Source: Podarcis erhardii
Lineage: Eukaryota
Length of the DNA: 64,000 bases
NCBI GenBank assembly: GCA_964252035.1
Contig: OZ176214.1
Reading direction: 5' to 3' (one strand)
The translations under genes were made by a program, and so were the position numbers. Below the pieces are notes generated by a model. It was given only the letters and a program-made list of their open reading frames with translations, was not told where the DNA came from and made no database searches. Below, piece after piece: positions 25,574 through 37,619 of this stretch; the first letter of the stretch is position 1; each line of letters starts with the position of its first letter.

Positions 25574-27389
25574 CAAAAGCAATATATGTCAGTGCTGTAT
25601 GTATCCATGTATGTGTTTTACTTGCAATGTTAAGAAAAAGGTAGATTGGAGCAACAATCTGAACTATAAAGACACATTTTAGAGCTAGAGAACACAAAGG
25701 GCCATCAGATCAGGCAAATATGTCTTGAACTACTGCAAATAACCAAGAGATCTACCAGGATATTTGGATCTACCTTCAGCCTTCCCATACAACCCAGAGT
25801 TGTATGGAAACACCTTAGAGAAATGTTACTGGGCTATCAAAACATATTTTAGGTTTCCTAATCCTCCGACATTGAAAATTGCAAGTCAGAGCACAGCATA
25901 AATCATTGGATGTGAGACTTCTTACAATTAGCACCTCGCGAGAAAATCCTCTTCAATGAACTTCTTAAAACACAAGCTTCCATGTGACTTGGAATGAATT
26001 TCTCAAGCTGTTTGTTGAGCAAGTTCTAAAGCAAGAAAGGTGGGAGGCAGAGCTTGGAAATGGAATCTCTCCAACTCACATTTTACTCTTCAGATTACAC
26101 AAATCACAATATCTATTTATTCCACCCATTACTTGAATAACTACTCAGAATGCACCACCATATTAGAGCAGGATGAATCAACCAGTTTTGATATATCTCA
26201 ATTTTTCATTTTCCCCAGTTGTTTCTGCATCAGTTTACAGCATTGTTTTAGACATCCTCATGAGAATTTGTCGATATTTTACAGCATGCTTCTCATAATA
26301 AACACATTTTATAGGCAATTTTGCCCAATACAATGCATATTTGAATATTATTTTCACCGTTATATATATTTTTATTTGCACCCTTCCCTAATAAATGGAT
26401 TTTGAACACTTGTTTTGGTTGAAGAACTGCATTCTATTTCATAATCTGGAGATGTGCAATTTTCAAAGAATACCTGTATCTCAGTTTATGTATTGTTTTG
26501 GGAATTGCAAATTAGATAGTTTCACCGTAAAATGTGAACAAAACTAAATTTCTCACCCATTCCTATACCATGTCACTGTACAATTTGAGAAACAATTGAT
26601 CCGTAGAAATGGAAGTACTGTAGGAGAGGACAATGGAGGACAGAGGGATGAATGGGTTTTTGGCAAAGTTTTGCTGGCAGTGTGAGACTGGCCAGCCAGT
26701 CTCATGAGTTGTTGTTTTTTCCCAGTGCACAGATTGCATTAAGAAGTTAAGAATAGCCCTGCTGGATGAGACCAGTAGCTCATATACTCCAGCATCCTGT
26801 TCTTACAGTGGCCAACCAGATGGTTTATATTCCCATATATAAGCAGGGCCTTAGCAAAACATCACTTGCCCCTCCTGTGGTTTATGACAACTAGAATTGA
26901 GAAGCATATTGCTTCCACCAGTGGAAAGAGAACATAGCCATCATGGTGAGTAGCTATTGATAGCCTTCCATCATGGGCAGCCTTCCCAAGGTTGCATAAC
27001 AGTGACACATAGGACAAAGTTGAAAATGAGCAGAGAAACAGATGTGACTGTTACCTCTGCACCACACTCTGTCCTCAATCTAGGCAAGTAAATGGCATCA
27101 TCTCACTTCAATGGCATGTTCCAGCCATTCAGAAATACTCAAAGTGAGTGAGGACCAGGCCAAACGTGGTATGCAGCCTGAAGAGAGGAAGAGGAAGCAT
27201 AGTCTGGGAGAGTCCCAAGGACTGGAGGGAGACCCCCGAACGGCCTCACTCAGCTCTCATGCCAGAGGTTCACTACCCTTTCACCATCCATACTATAGGT
27301 ACTTCTACAGAAAACAGCAGCAAACAGAGATGCTCCTGGCTGCCACCAGTTTTCCTAGAAAACATCTAGTGACTGTTATGTTCCTCAAT

Positions 27390-27530
27390 AAGGCCATAAC
27401 TCAGTGAAAGAGCATCTGCTTTGTTTGCAGAAGGCCCCATTTTCAATCTCTGGCATATCTAGTTAGAGCTGTCTGTCAGTGCCAGCAATGCCAACATAGT
27501 AGAGGGCCAATGGTCTGACTCATTGTAAGA
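27390..27530 (+). mobile_element. Squam3-like SINE, decayed
   Basis: gagcatctgctttgtttgcagaagg...caatggtctgactca. Confidence 0.55.
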
Positions 27531-28469
27531 GAGGGGGATGTGGAGCACTAGCCAGCAGTGTGCCAGGAAGAAACTCTGCTAGCTGTTACTCCACTACTTA
27601 AAACCAGCTCAATATATTTTGCTGATTGAGGCAATGGGTATCTTCACAGCATCTGCCACCTGGGGTGGCCACTTCTCTCTGCCTAATGATAGGGCTGTCC
27701 ATTCAACTGTATTTTGTCTTCTGTAAAAATCACCAGAAATGCTTTCTATTCCAACAACCAATGAACATGGTGGCAAAGTGAGAGAAGAGGGTATTTCAGC
27801 TCTACTGAAAGCAGATGGAAAGTGTGAAAACTGTTAAGTCCAAGCAATCTATATTTTAATTCCATGCTCAAGTGATGAATGACTTGGGCATGGAAATAAA
27901 TATGGATTGCTTGAATTTACCATTTGATGAATGAATGTGTATGTCTTTGTGAAGTTATATATGTAATTCATGATATTCTGATGGAGCATGCTAACTATCA
28001 GAGTGCAAATTAACATTATCAATGTTTATAGATTCAAAGCATCTGTTGCAAGATGATACTGCCAGACACTTGAAGCTTTGCAATTTCTTCCAAAATGCAA
28101 GTACCTTTCTAAAATAAAAGCTAGTTTATGAGCTGAATGTTGGCATTACTTGCCAAGTGAAATTCTTTTCTTAATTCCAGCATGGATGACAGTCTTCTCA
28201 CACTGGTATATTTTCCCAGTGTGATGTATTAGAAAACACAAAACCTCCTCTTCTCCCAAGCCTTTGGCTAATTAAGCAATGTCTGACCTTTTAGACTGTG
28301 TTTGTGGTGAGGGTTATTGGTTTATTTTTTATTACTGTATTGTTGCAGTAGATTCCAGGGGTTCCAGGGGCTTGCCTAGGGTCAATGTTTCCTTTTGGAA
28401 ATGAGGCACAGTAAAGACTGTGGTGTCTTTAGAATATATGATTTAATTACACATATATACAACCTGTAG

Positions 28470-28591
28470 TCTGGTTGTTGTTGTTGTTGTTGTTGTTTAG
28501 TCATGTCCGACTCTTCGTGACCCCTTGGACCAGAGCATGCCAGGCACTCCTGTCTTCCACTGCCTCCCGTGGTTTGGTCAAACTCATGCTG
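28470..28591 (-). mobile_element. Bov-B 3' tail fragment
   Basis: (ttg)n tail then tttagtcatgtccgactcttcgtgacc; flanked by tatatacaacctgtag at 28454-28469 and 28592-28607. Confidence 0.85.
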
Positions 28592-28623
28592 TATATACAA
28601 CCTGTAGATTGTATATATGTATC

Positions 28624-29015
28624 AGAAGGCTGATCGCCGAAGAATTGATGCTTTTTAATTATGGTGCTGGAGGAGATTCTTGAGAGTCCCATGGACTGCA
28701 AGAAGATCAAACCTATCCATTCTTAAGGAAATCAGCCCTGAGTGCTCACTGGAAGGACAGATCCTGAAGCTGAGGCTCCAGTACTTTGGCCACCTCATGA
28801 GAAGAGAAGACTCCCTGGAAAAGACCCTGATGTTGGGAAAGGTGGAGGGCACAAGGAGAAGGGGACGACAGAGGACGAGATGGTTGGACAGTGTTCTCGA
28901 AGCTACAAACACGAGCCTGACCAAACTGCGGGAGGCATTGGAAGACAGGAGTGCCTGGCGTGCTCTGGTCCATAAGGTCATGAAGAGTCAGACACGACTA
29001 AACAACTAAACAACA
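28624..29015 (+). mobile_element. Bov-B 3' fragment
   Basis: ORF 28680-29009 RVPWTARRSNLSILKEISPECSLEGQILKLRLQYFGHLMRREDSLEK. Confidence 0.92.
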
Positions 29016-30123
29016 ATATACAACCTGAGACTACGATGGAGGGGTTCACAGCATTAACACCCCAAAAGGGCCCTGCTTCTCCCATAGCCATAGCCTTGGA
29101 TTCAAGTAGAGAGCTGACATGTCTCTCTCCCTCTGCTTTTCCAGCCTCCTGCTTTTGCATCCAGCTTCTCATTCACATAACTCCTAAACTTATTTCTTCT
29201 CATTAACTGCAAGTTGATTTGCCTCTCCCACAGAGCCCCTTCCTCTGTTCTCCTTACACCTCACCAGGAGGCTGGCCTGGCTTGGTTAGCTTTTAACACT
29301 TGTTGGATCCAGGGATTAGAAGTCTGCCACCTTGCTTAACAACCCTGAAACCTTGATTAAATTCCAACACTTGCTGGATCCAGGGATTAAAGAGGCCTGG
29401 CGCCCATGAACGCGTAACAGTATTGTTGTGTTTTTATACTGCACATTGTCCTGTGATCTTCAGGTGTAGGGTGGTATATAAATTTAATAAATAAAAATAA
29501 TAAAATGAAATATGAAAATCAGCTAAAACAGACATTACCCCACTGGTGTCCCAAACTTTGGAACGATGGCTTCATATGCAGATGTGCTGAACTGGGTTGA
29601 GTTAGACACAATATCAACAAATCATCAGTATAAGAATGCTACTGAGAACCTTAGAACAGGTTGGGCATAAGTACTGACAACATCGACTGGCCTAGGAACA
29701 AGGGCAGGAGAGCAGATCAGAGACTGCATGTGAGGCTAGCACATATCAATTTGAGGAGGTGATAAGAAGATTGCCATCAGAGGATGAGTGGGACTGGATT
29801 TATTGCCCAGAATCATTTAGCACCTCACTTGTCACATAAGTGTGGGGTGGCATGTTTGCCATCCACTGGCCCTTGAGCCTTCCTTAAGCTCCTTCTGCCC
29901 CCCCCCCCAGCCTCTGAGGGTGAAGAGCTTGTAGTCTGGTGTGTCATCAATTTTCATTAGAAAGCAGGGCATAAATAAAACAAACCAGCAGCTCCAGATT
30001 GTCAGGTCAGGTCTGCATTTGAGAGGGGTCTTGATAAGTTGGGCTTCCACAGGGAAGGGCTTACTGGGACACTTGAGTGCCAGCAGCTGCCCAAGGATGC
30101 TGGTCCTGCCAGACTGCCTTAGC

Positions 30124-30375
30124 CAGGGGTAGGCAACCTAAGCCCATGGGCCGGATGCAGCCCGATCGCCTTCTCAATCTGGCCCACTGACAGTCTGGGA
30201 ACGAGCGTGTTTTCACATGAGTAGAATGTGTCTTTTTATTTAAAATGCATTTCTGGGTTATCTGTGGGGCATAGGAATTTGTTCCTCCCCCCTCCCCACA
30301 AAATATTATCTGGCCCACCACATGCTCTGAGGGACGGTGGACTGGCCCACGGCTGAAAAAGGTTGCTGATCCCTG
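30124..30375. mobile_element. hAT MITE
   Basis: TIR caggggtaggcaacct / aggttgctgatccctg; TSD gccttagc/tccttagc (7/8). Confidence 0.85.
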
Positions 30376-31219
30376 TCCTTAGCAATGCTGTAGAGATATG
30401 TTTGGACATATTTTTTTTCTGCCATCCTACAATTCCAACGTACACAATATAAATTGTTTTAGAAGGGGTGCTCAATCAACACAAGGTGCATCTTTGACCT
30501 CTGTTTATCTTTTTCAAAAAATATATATCTCATTATCAGCCATATACTTTAGGAAGGATGTAAGAAACCGAGTTCAAGGAAGTATCTTAATTAGTACTGG
30601 CAAAGGAAGTCTGCCCAGAGAAGGTCATTTTCCGTGTGTACTTTTCCAGTAACTGAATGCTATTTAGCGAGTAATGCATTAGCTTTTTTGCTGCTTTATA
30701 TAATCAGAAAGCAAACAGAACCTGACTTTAAAGAGGACGGGCAGGCAGAGAAAGAGAGGGGACAGTTCTCAGCCTTGGTATAGCATTTGTACAATATGTG
30801 GATTTCATTTACAGCCTTCCTTATGTGGATTTCCACCTGCAATATACTGTTGACTCTTCTGGCCCTCTGTTAGAAGGTGACCTATGTAACATCCCATCCT
30901 GTCTCTTTTGAGAAAATATTGCTAACAGCGGTGTTTTTTTAAAATATAAATGTATTATAATTATTTTAAATGACATTTTTTAAAAAAAGGAACAAGCTGA
31001 CATTTGGACAAAGGTATTAATCAAAATCAAGCCACCAACTCTCTCTTCCATCTGGAAACTTGCCATCCTTTGGGATTTGTTGGCATTATGAGGTAAAGTT
31101 TTGTGGACTAACAAGGTCAGAATCCCTTAACCTACCAAGGTGGCCAATAGAAAACACAGTGAGAAGTTGGAGCTTGCCCTCTTGTCATTTAATTCTTGGT
31201 AGCAATGCTAGTTTAAGTA

Positions 31220-31400
31220 TACAAGAAGCCACCTTATACTAGGCCAGACTCATCCATCTAGCCTAGTATTGTCTACTCTGGCTAGCAGTAGCTCCCTTTT
31301 CTCCCAGACAGGGGCAGGTCTTTCCTATCATCTATTACCTGACCTTATTAGCTGGAGAAGCCAGGGACCAGAACTGCCACAAATATGTGCCACCCACTGC
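31220..31400 (-). mobile_element. Squam3-like SINE, decayed
   Basis: Reverse complement of the 3' body (ccttatactaggccagactcatccatctagcc...). Confidence 0.45.
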
Positions 31401-31405
31401 CTAAC

Positions 31406-31524
31406 TTGGACAGTCACTCTTGAAAAAGCTACCAGCATGAGTTTGACCAAACCACGGGAGGCAGTGGAAGACAGGAGTGCCTGGCATGCTCTGGTCCATG
31501 GGGTCATGAAGAGTCGGACATGAC

Positions 31525-31564
<40 letters not shown>

Positions 31565-31565
31565 C
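31406..31565 (+). mobile_element. Bov-B 3' tail fragment
   Basis: ttggacagt...catgagtttgaccaaacc...gactaaac(aac)n. Confidence 0.85.
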
Positions 31566-31927
31566 CAGACTACAAGTGGTCACCCTGACCAATCAAGAAC
31601 CTAGTCCACATTCTTGAGCCTTACTAACTGAAACTCATCCAGCGTGACAGGGCTGGACAATGCTCTGGACACTTCGTGAAATTTATTTTCTGTAACAGTG
31701 GAGTCAAGATCATGGTGGATGCAAGTGATTTTATCCTAAAATGATTTGCAAACAAGTCACAGTGAGCTACTGTTGGTTCTGCCTCCTCCTTTGGGCCAGA
31801 CTGTAAAAGGTCCTACACTACCCAGAAAAGCTCCAGCTGGATGTCACAATGAGGATGCAATGGAGGCATTAAACTATGCCTTCTTTCCTTCCTTCACCAA
31901 CATTAGGTAGGCTTGATGCCGAGCCCC

Positions 31928-32186
31928 CAGGGGCAGAGGAAGTGGGGTGCGGTGGGTGCGAGTCGCCCTGGGTGTTACCACTGAGGGGGGATGACAAAAT
32001 GCCAGGCGGTACTCACCGCAGGGCCTGCAAACCACCTACCCGCTGCCTCCCCCCCCAGCTATAGGGTAGCTGAGTGGGAGGAGGCAGGCAGACTCCAAAG
32101 GCCCCGTGGTGCGCCCCGACCATGGGTGGTTCGTGCCTCCCCTGAGCGAACTGCCCCAGGTGCCTGAGCGGCTTCCTCCGCCGCTG
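31928..32186. mobile_element. GC-rich hAT-like MITE
   Basis: TIR caggggcagaggaag / cttcctccgccgctg (13/15); TSD cgagcccc/cgagcctc (7/8). Confidence 0.75.
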
Positions 32187-33032
32187 CGAGCCTCCACCTT
32201 TGTTTGATTGCATTCGACTGGAGTTTTCCTCCATTGCATTTCAGCCATCTCCCAGCTTATTTCCAGAGTGTTGCCTACCACATGTCTTGGGCCGGTGACA
32301 TGTTGGGACATTCACATGGTCATCTTTGCAGCCATGAAGACCTGAGCCATTGCAGAGCCAGTTGCCTTGGCATGGATGTTGAAGAATGCCCCCCCCCCCA
32401 ACCAGCAATCTGGGAGTTCCTCACGCTGCCTCAACATTTGAGGAGGAAAGTGCCCCATCTCCAGAGTGCATCTTGCAGGTAGTTCCTAAGTGACACGGAG
32501 GAAAAACTTTTACATGTTAAGTTCAAGAGTCTTGGAAACGGTACCAGTATAGGAGCACAATAACCAGTGTCATTAGGGAAACATGACCTAGACAGACAAG
32601 TGGGTGATCAGGCTATCAGTGGCCACAAGATTACTATATCATCCTTTTAGAATTAGAGATAATATGCCTCTGATTTGCCAATTGCTGGGAATCAAATGTC
32701 AGGAGTTGCACTCATGTCCTGCTGCATCTGGTGGTCCACTCTGAAAACAGGTTGCTGGACCAAAGATAGCTCCTTGGTCTGATCCAGCAGAACAGTTCTT
32801 ATCACTGAAGAGAAGCCAATGAGGGCAATGATGCAGCATACAGAGTGGCCCAAACACGACAACCTTTAAAGCTTTGGGATATACTTTCCAGTTTACATAA
32901 TTTAATTTATCAATAATACACCAAAAGATAAGTAATTCTAAATGTATAAACAGGATCAATAATGTGGTTACTGTCTGTCCCAGAATCCACAATTGCTTTA
33001 TAATTTCCTGTAAATAAACTATTAATTACATT

Positions 33033-33035
<3 letters not shown>

Positions 33036-33063
<28 letters not shown>
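33036..33063. repeat. (GT)n microsatellite
   Basis: Seen directly. Confidence 0.95.
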
Positions 33064-33066
<3 letters not shown>

Positions 33067-33580
33067 AAAGAATGATTAGATCATATGTAAACTCCACCAT
33101 TTGCACCAATGATGATTTGGAACAATCTGCTTGGGCCATCTCCTGTGAAAACCCTGCCACTTAACAAATGGGACTTTAACAAGAGAAGCCAGAAATGTAT
33201 CCTTATGCTTCACATTTTCCATTCATCTCCACAGCAGGGGTGCCAGCGAGGCTTCTCCACGATGGCCCCCATCGTCAACTGATGGCTCAATCAGTGGCAA
33301 AACATCAGTTTACCATGCATTGCTATAATCATCAGATACTACTGTTTGTTTCCCTGCTTTGATTGCGTTGAGAGAGAAAAGCATGACAAAGCCATAAATG
33401 AAGATGCCTAATTCTCTCCCCACCCAGCTCATAAATTAGAAGAGTTTTCATGAACAGGACTGTCAGCATTGTCAAGCATTCTTTTTCCCCTGTTGCTTTT
33501 ATTACTGAATGGCAGAATTGTGCTTAATTTCAGAAAGTAGAAAAGATGGGGGCAATGACAAAACCAGTTATTCTCTTGCT

Positions 33581-35271
33581 TTGTTGCTGTTGTTTAGTCG
33601 TTTAGTCGTGTCCGACTCTTCGTGACCCCATGGACCAGAGCACGCCAGGCACTTCTGTCTTCCACTGCCTCCCGCAGTTTGGTCAGACTCATGTTTGTAG
33701 CTTTGAAGACACTATCCAACCATCTCGTTCTCTGTCGTCCCCTTCTCCTTGTGCCCTCCATCTTTCCCAACATCAGGGTCTTTTCCAGGGAGTCTTCTCT
33801 TCTCATGAGGTGGCCAAAGTATTGGAGCCTCAGCTTCACGATCTGTCCTTCCAGTGAGCACTCAGGGCTGATTTCCTTAAGAATGGATACATTTGATCTT
33901 CTTGCAGTCCATGGGACTCTCAAGAGTCTCCTCCAGCACCATAATTCAAAAGCATCAATTCTTCGGCGATCTGCCTTCTTTATGGTCCAGCTCTCACTTC
34001 CATACATCACTACTGGGAAAACCATAGCTTTTACTATACGGACCTTTGTTGGCAAGGTGATGTCTCTACTTTTTAAGATGCTGTCTAGGTTTGTCATTGC
34101 TTTCCTCCCAAGAAGCAGGCGTCTCTTAATTTCATGGCTGCTGTCACCATCTGCAGTGATCATGGAGCCCAAGAAAGTAAAATCTCTCACTGCCTCCATT
34201 TCTTCTCCTTCTATTTGCCAGGAGGTGATGGGACCAGTGGCCATGATCTTCGTTTTTTTGATGTTGAGCTTCAGACCATATTTTGCGCTCTCCTCTTTCA
34301 CCCTCAATAAAAGGTTCTTTAATTCCTCCTCACTTTCTGCCATCCAGGTTGTGTCATCTGCATATCTGAGGTTGTTGATATTTCTTCCGGCAATCTTAAT
34401 TCCGGCTTCGGATTCATCCAGCCCAGCCTTTCGCATGATGAATTCTGCATATAAGTTAAATAAGCAGGGAGACAATATACAGCCTTGTCGTACTCCTTTC
34501 CCAATTTTGAACCAATCAGTTGTTCCATATCCAGTTCTAACTGTAGCTTCTTGTCCCACATAGAGATTTCTCAGGAGACAGATGAGGTGATCAGGCACTC
34601 CCATTTCTTTAAGAGCTTGCCATAGTTTGCTGTGGTCGACACAGTCAAAGGCTTTTGCATAGTCAATGAAGCAGAAGTAGATGTCTTTCTGGAACTCTCT
34701 AGCTTTCTCCATAATCCAGCGCATGTTTGCAATTTGGTCTCTGGTTCCTCTGCCTCTTCTAAATCCAGCTTGCACTTCTGGGAGTTCTCGGTCCACATAC
34801 TGCTTGAGCCTTCCTTGTAGAATTTTAAGCATAACCTTGCTAGCGTGTGAAATGAGTGAAATTGTGCGGTAGTTGGAGCATTCTTTGGCACTGCCCTTCT
34901 TTGGGATTGGGATGTAGACTGATCTTCTCCAATCCTCTGACCACTGCTGAGTTTTCCAAACTTGCTGGCATATTGAGTGTAGCACCTTAACAGCATCATC
35001 TTTTAAAATTTTAAATAGTTCAGCTGGAATACCATCACTTCCACTAGCCTTGTTATTAGCAGTGCTTTCTAAGGCCCATTTGACTTCACTCTCCAGGATG
35101 TCTGGCTCAAGGTCAGCAACCCCACTACCTGGGGTTTGCGAGACATCCATATCTTTCTGGTATAATTCCTCTGTGTATTCTTGCCACCTCTTCTTGATGT
35201 CTTCTGCTTCTGTTAGGTCCTTACCACTTTTGTCCTTTATTATGGTAATCTTTGAACAAAATGTTCCTTTC
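33581..35271 (-). mobile_element. Young 5'-truncated Bov-B LINE (1.69 kb)
   Basis: 11-bp TSD attctcttgct at 33570-33580 and 35272-35282; tail at left; no stop codon across the element. Confidence 0.95.
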
Positions 35272-35438
35272 ATTCTCTTGCTACACACCATTATATAAGG
35301 AAGCGCTGGTCCTTCAGGAGTTGCTGGACTATATCTCCCATCATACCTTGGCATTGGCCATGCTGGTTGGAACTGATGAGAGTTAAAGTCTGACAAAACC
35401 TTGAATGCCACAGAGTCCTCATCCCTGCGCCAAGCCAT
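33594..35438 (-). CDS. Bov-B reverse transcriptase ORF (614 aa; first ~55 aa from flanking DNA)
   Basis: RT motifs FIDYAKAFDCV, GVRQGCILSP and LRYADDT; endonuclease domain missing. Expression is not shown. Confidence 0.7.
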   Translation of the reverse strand: MAWRRDEDSVAFKVLSDFNSHQFQPAWPMPRYDGRYSPATPEGPALPYIMVCSKRMKGTFCSKITIIKDKSGKDLTEAEDIKKRWQEYTEELYQKDMDVSQTPGSGVADLEPDILESEVKWALESTANNKASGSDGIPAELFKILKDDAVKVLHSICQQVWKTQQWSEDWRRSVYIPIPKKGSAKECSNYRTISLISHASKVMLKILQGRLKQYVDRELPEVQAGFRRGRGTRDQIANMRWIMEKAREFQKDIYFCFIDYAKAFDCVDHSKLWQALKEMGVPDHLICLLRNLYVGQEATVRTGYGTTDWFKIGKGVRQGCILSPCLFNLYAEFIMRKAGLDESEAGIKIAGRNINNLRYADDTTWMAESEEELKNLLLRVKEESAKYGLKLNIKKTKIMATGPITSWQIEGEEMEAVRDFTFLGSMITADGDSSHEIKRRLLLGRKAMTNLDSILKSRDITLPTKVRIVKAMVFPVVMYGSESWTIKKADRRRIDAFELWCWRRLLRVPWTARRSNVSILKEISPECSLEGQIVKLRLQYFGHLMRREDSLEKTLMLGKMEGTRRRGRQRTRWLDSVFKATNMSLTKLREAVEDRSAWRALVHGVTKSRTRLND

Positions 35439-35467
35439 ACCCAGGTCATTCTAGCTGACATACATAC

Positions 35468-35897
35468 CGTTGTTGTTGTTGTTTAGTCGTTTAGTCATGT
35501 CCGACTCTTCATGACCCCATGGACCAGAGCACGCCAGGCACTTCTGTCTTCCACTGCCTCCAGCAGTTTGGTCAAACTCATGTTTGTAGCTTCGAGAACA
35601 CTGTCCAACCATCTCGTCCTCTGTCATCCCCTTCTCCTTGTGCCCCCCATCTTTCCTAACATCAGGGTCTTTTCCAGGGCGTCTTCTCTTCTCATGAGGT
35701 GGCCAAAGTATTGGAGCCTCAGCTTCACGATCTGTCCTTCCAGTGAGCACTCAGGGCTGATTTCCTTAAGAATGGATACGTTTGATCTTCTTGCAGTCCA
35801 TGGGACTCTCAAGAGTCTCCTCCAGCACCATAATTCAAAAGCATCAATTCTTCGCCGATCAGCCTTCTTTATGGTCCAACTTTCGCTTCCATACATA
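35468..35897 (-). mobile_element. Bov-B 3' fragment
   Basis: ESWTIKKADRRRIDAFELWCWRR...; 9-bp repeat catacatac at 35459-35467 and 35890-35898, overlapping 5' microhomology. Confidence 0.92.
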
Positions 35898-36354
35898 CTG
35901 TACTTGTCACCAAAGCAGGACAGATAGGGCAAATGCTTCATGCAATACTTTGACACTGACATATGCTGACCTTTAGCCTATCTTTGGATGTCTTTTCAAC
36001 AGAGGAGCCCTCTTCAGATGTTATTAACATTGTTTGTAAGTCTCCAGCCACTCCTCACCCCCCAATCTTGAGATGAGGTCTGAAGGGGGCTTGTAAGCAT
36101 GCTTGTCTGGATATGCTTTACAGACCATCCTGTGATCATGAACCTAGTGTGACTGAGGTGTCTCAATCATGGACAGGGCTGTAAGTGCATTCAGGAAAAT
36201 ATTATTGTAAGTAGAATACAGTTTCCTTTTTTAAAAATCTGGATGTTGAGCTTAGTATCTTTATTGTTTCCTAAATCCCATATCAGTCCTCAATCTCAAT
36301 GAGAAGTAAATTGTTGCATTTCTGGTTCTGCCAGAACTTTGGACTTGACCAAAG

Positions 36355-36570
36355 GAGATCCCAACTAAACATCCGGAAAAAGCTTTCTGAAAATATGAGC
36401 TGTTCGACAGTGGAACAGTCTCCCTCAAGAAATTGTGGGCTCTCCATCCTTTCAGGTTTTAAAGCAGAGGTTGGATGGCCATCTGTCCTGCATGATTTCC
36501 TGCACTGCAGGGGGTGGGACTAGATGACCCTTGGTGTACCTTCCGACTCTACAGTTCTATGATTCCATGT
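36355..36570 (+). mobile_element. CR1 LINE 3' end
   Basis: aagcagaggttggatggccatctg...gggactagatgaccc...ccttccgactctacagttctatgattc. Confidence 0.8.
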
Positions 36571-37619
36571 GGCTTATTGACTTACTTATAGCCTGGGGAT
36601 TACTAAGAAGTGCTGTCACATGCAAAGGGGTATTTTTTGTGTGTTTTTAAAAAAAATGTTTAAAATTGTTTTAACTAATTTTATTCTTGCTTTTTCATAT
36701 TGTTCTCACATGGCCTGGGACATTATAATGAAGTGTATGTAAGAGGAGGAGGGGGGAGGAAGAGGAGGAGCTTTAAAAAAAAAAAAGCAAATAAGATTGT
36801 GGACATGCATCTTAAACATGCACAGATCCCTGATGCAAGATGCCCTACATGGGCAAAACTTGACCAGATGGGATGACCAAATTATGTGTACTTATCAGTT
36901 TAAAACAGATTCCATCCATACCTATACATCTCCTTCAAATCTTGCTGCTCAGCACAGCAAGGTGGACAGGTCAGGGGTGGCATCCTTAGTATGTTTCTCC
37001 TACTACACCCTTGCAATGTTACAGCACCTGAAGAGGACAATGGTCAGTTCCAAACTTAGTGCAGCTGTTCTATGACATTCAAAAGACCAGAAAATCCCTC
37101 CTTTCTCCACTGCAAAACATGTGATTTCCCCCTCTCTCCCAGACTCCTGACTTGTTTGAGCTGACTGCCAGTGCCACTGATGCGTGTGCAATTGAGTGGC
37201 ATATTTGTGATATGAACCATGCTAGGATGAGTCCAAATACATTTTTGCTTGTTCCCTGCTCCTCAATAAGATCTGATAATAGCTCTCCAGGGATGCAAAG
37301 TTAGTATACTACAGCATGATACTTGTCTAGGCTACAAAAGAAGAAGATATTATTAAGAGGCAGATTGCATATGCCTTTTCTGCATTCCCACCCCCTTCTT
37401 CTCCCTCTCAGAAGCTGTCAGTTAGGTTGACAGGAAATAACCTGGAGCACTGCCCCCTGCTCGCCATCAAAGCACACTGGCTTCAAATCAATGTGTATAC
37501 AAGAACAGAGGGGAAGCTTGTCTACTTGGGTAAATGAGGCACTGCCCCACCAACCTCAGTGTGCCCCCTGCTACCATGCCCCCACCTACAGTACCTGCCT
37601 CCTAACATACTAGTCCAAG

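Noticed and set aside
29296-29390. 24-bp direct repeat aacacttg(t/c)tggatccagggatta, in a segment resembling 15190-15290
   Set aside because: Probably a fragment of an unclassified dispersed repeat; no termini or function can be supported.
33622-34563. 313-aa plus-strand ORF
   Set aside because: Antisense shadow of the Bov-B RT ORF; the same peptide recurs opposite every Bov-B copy.
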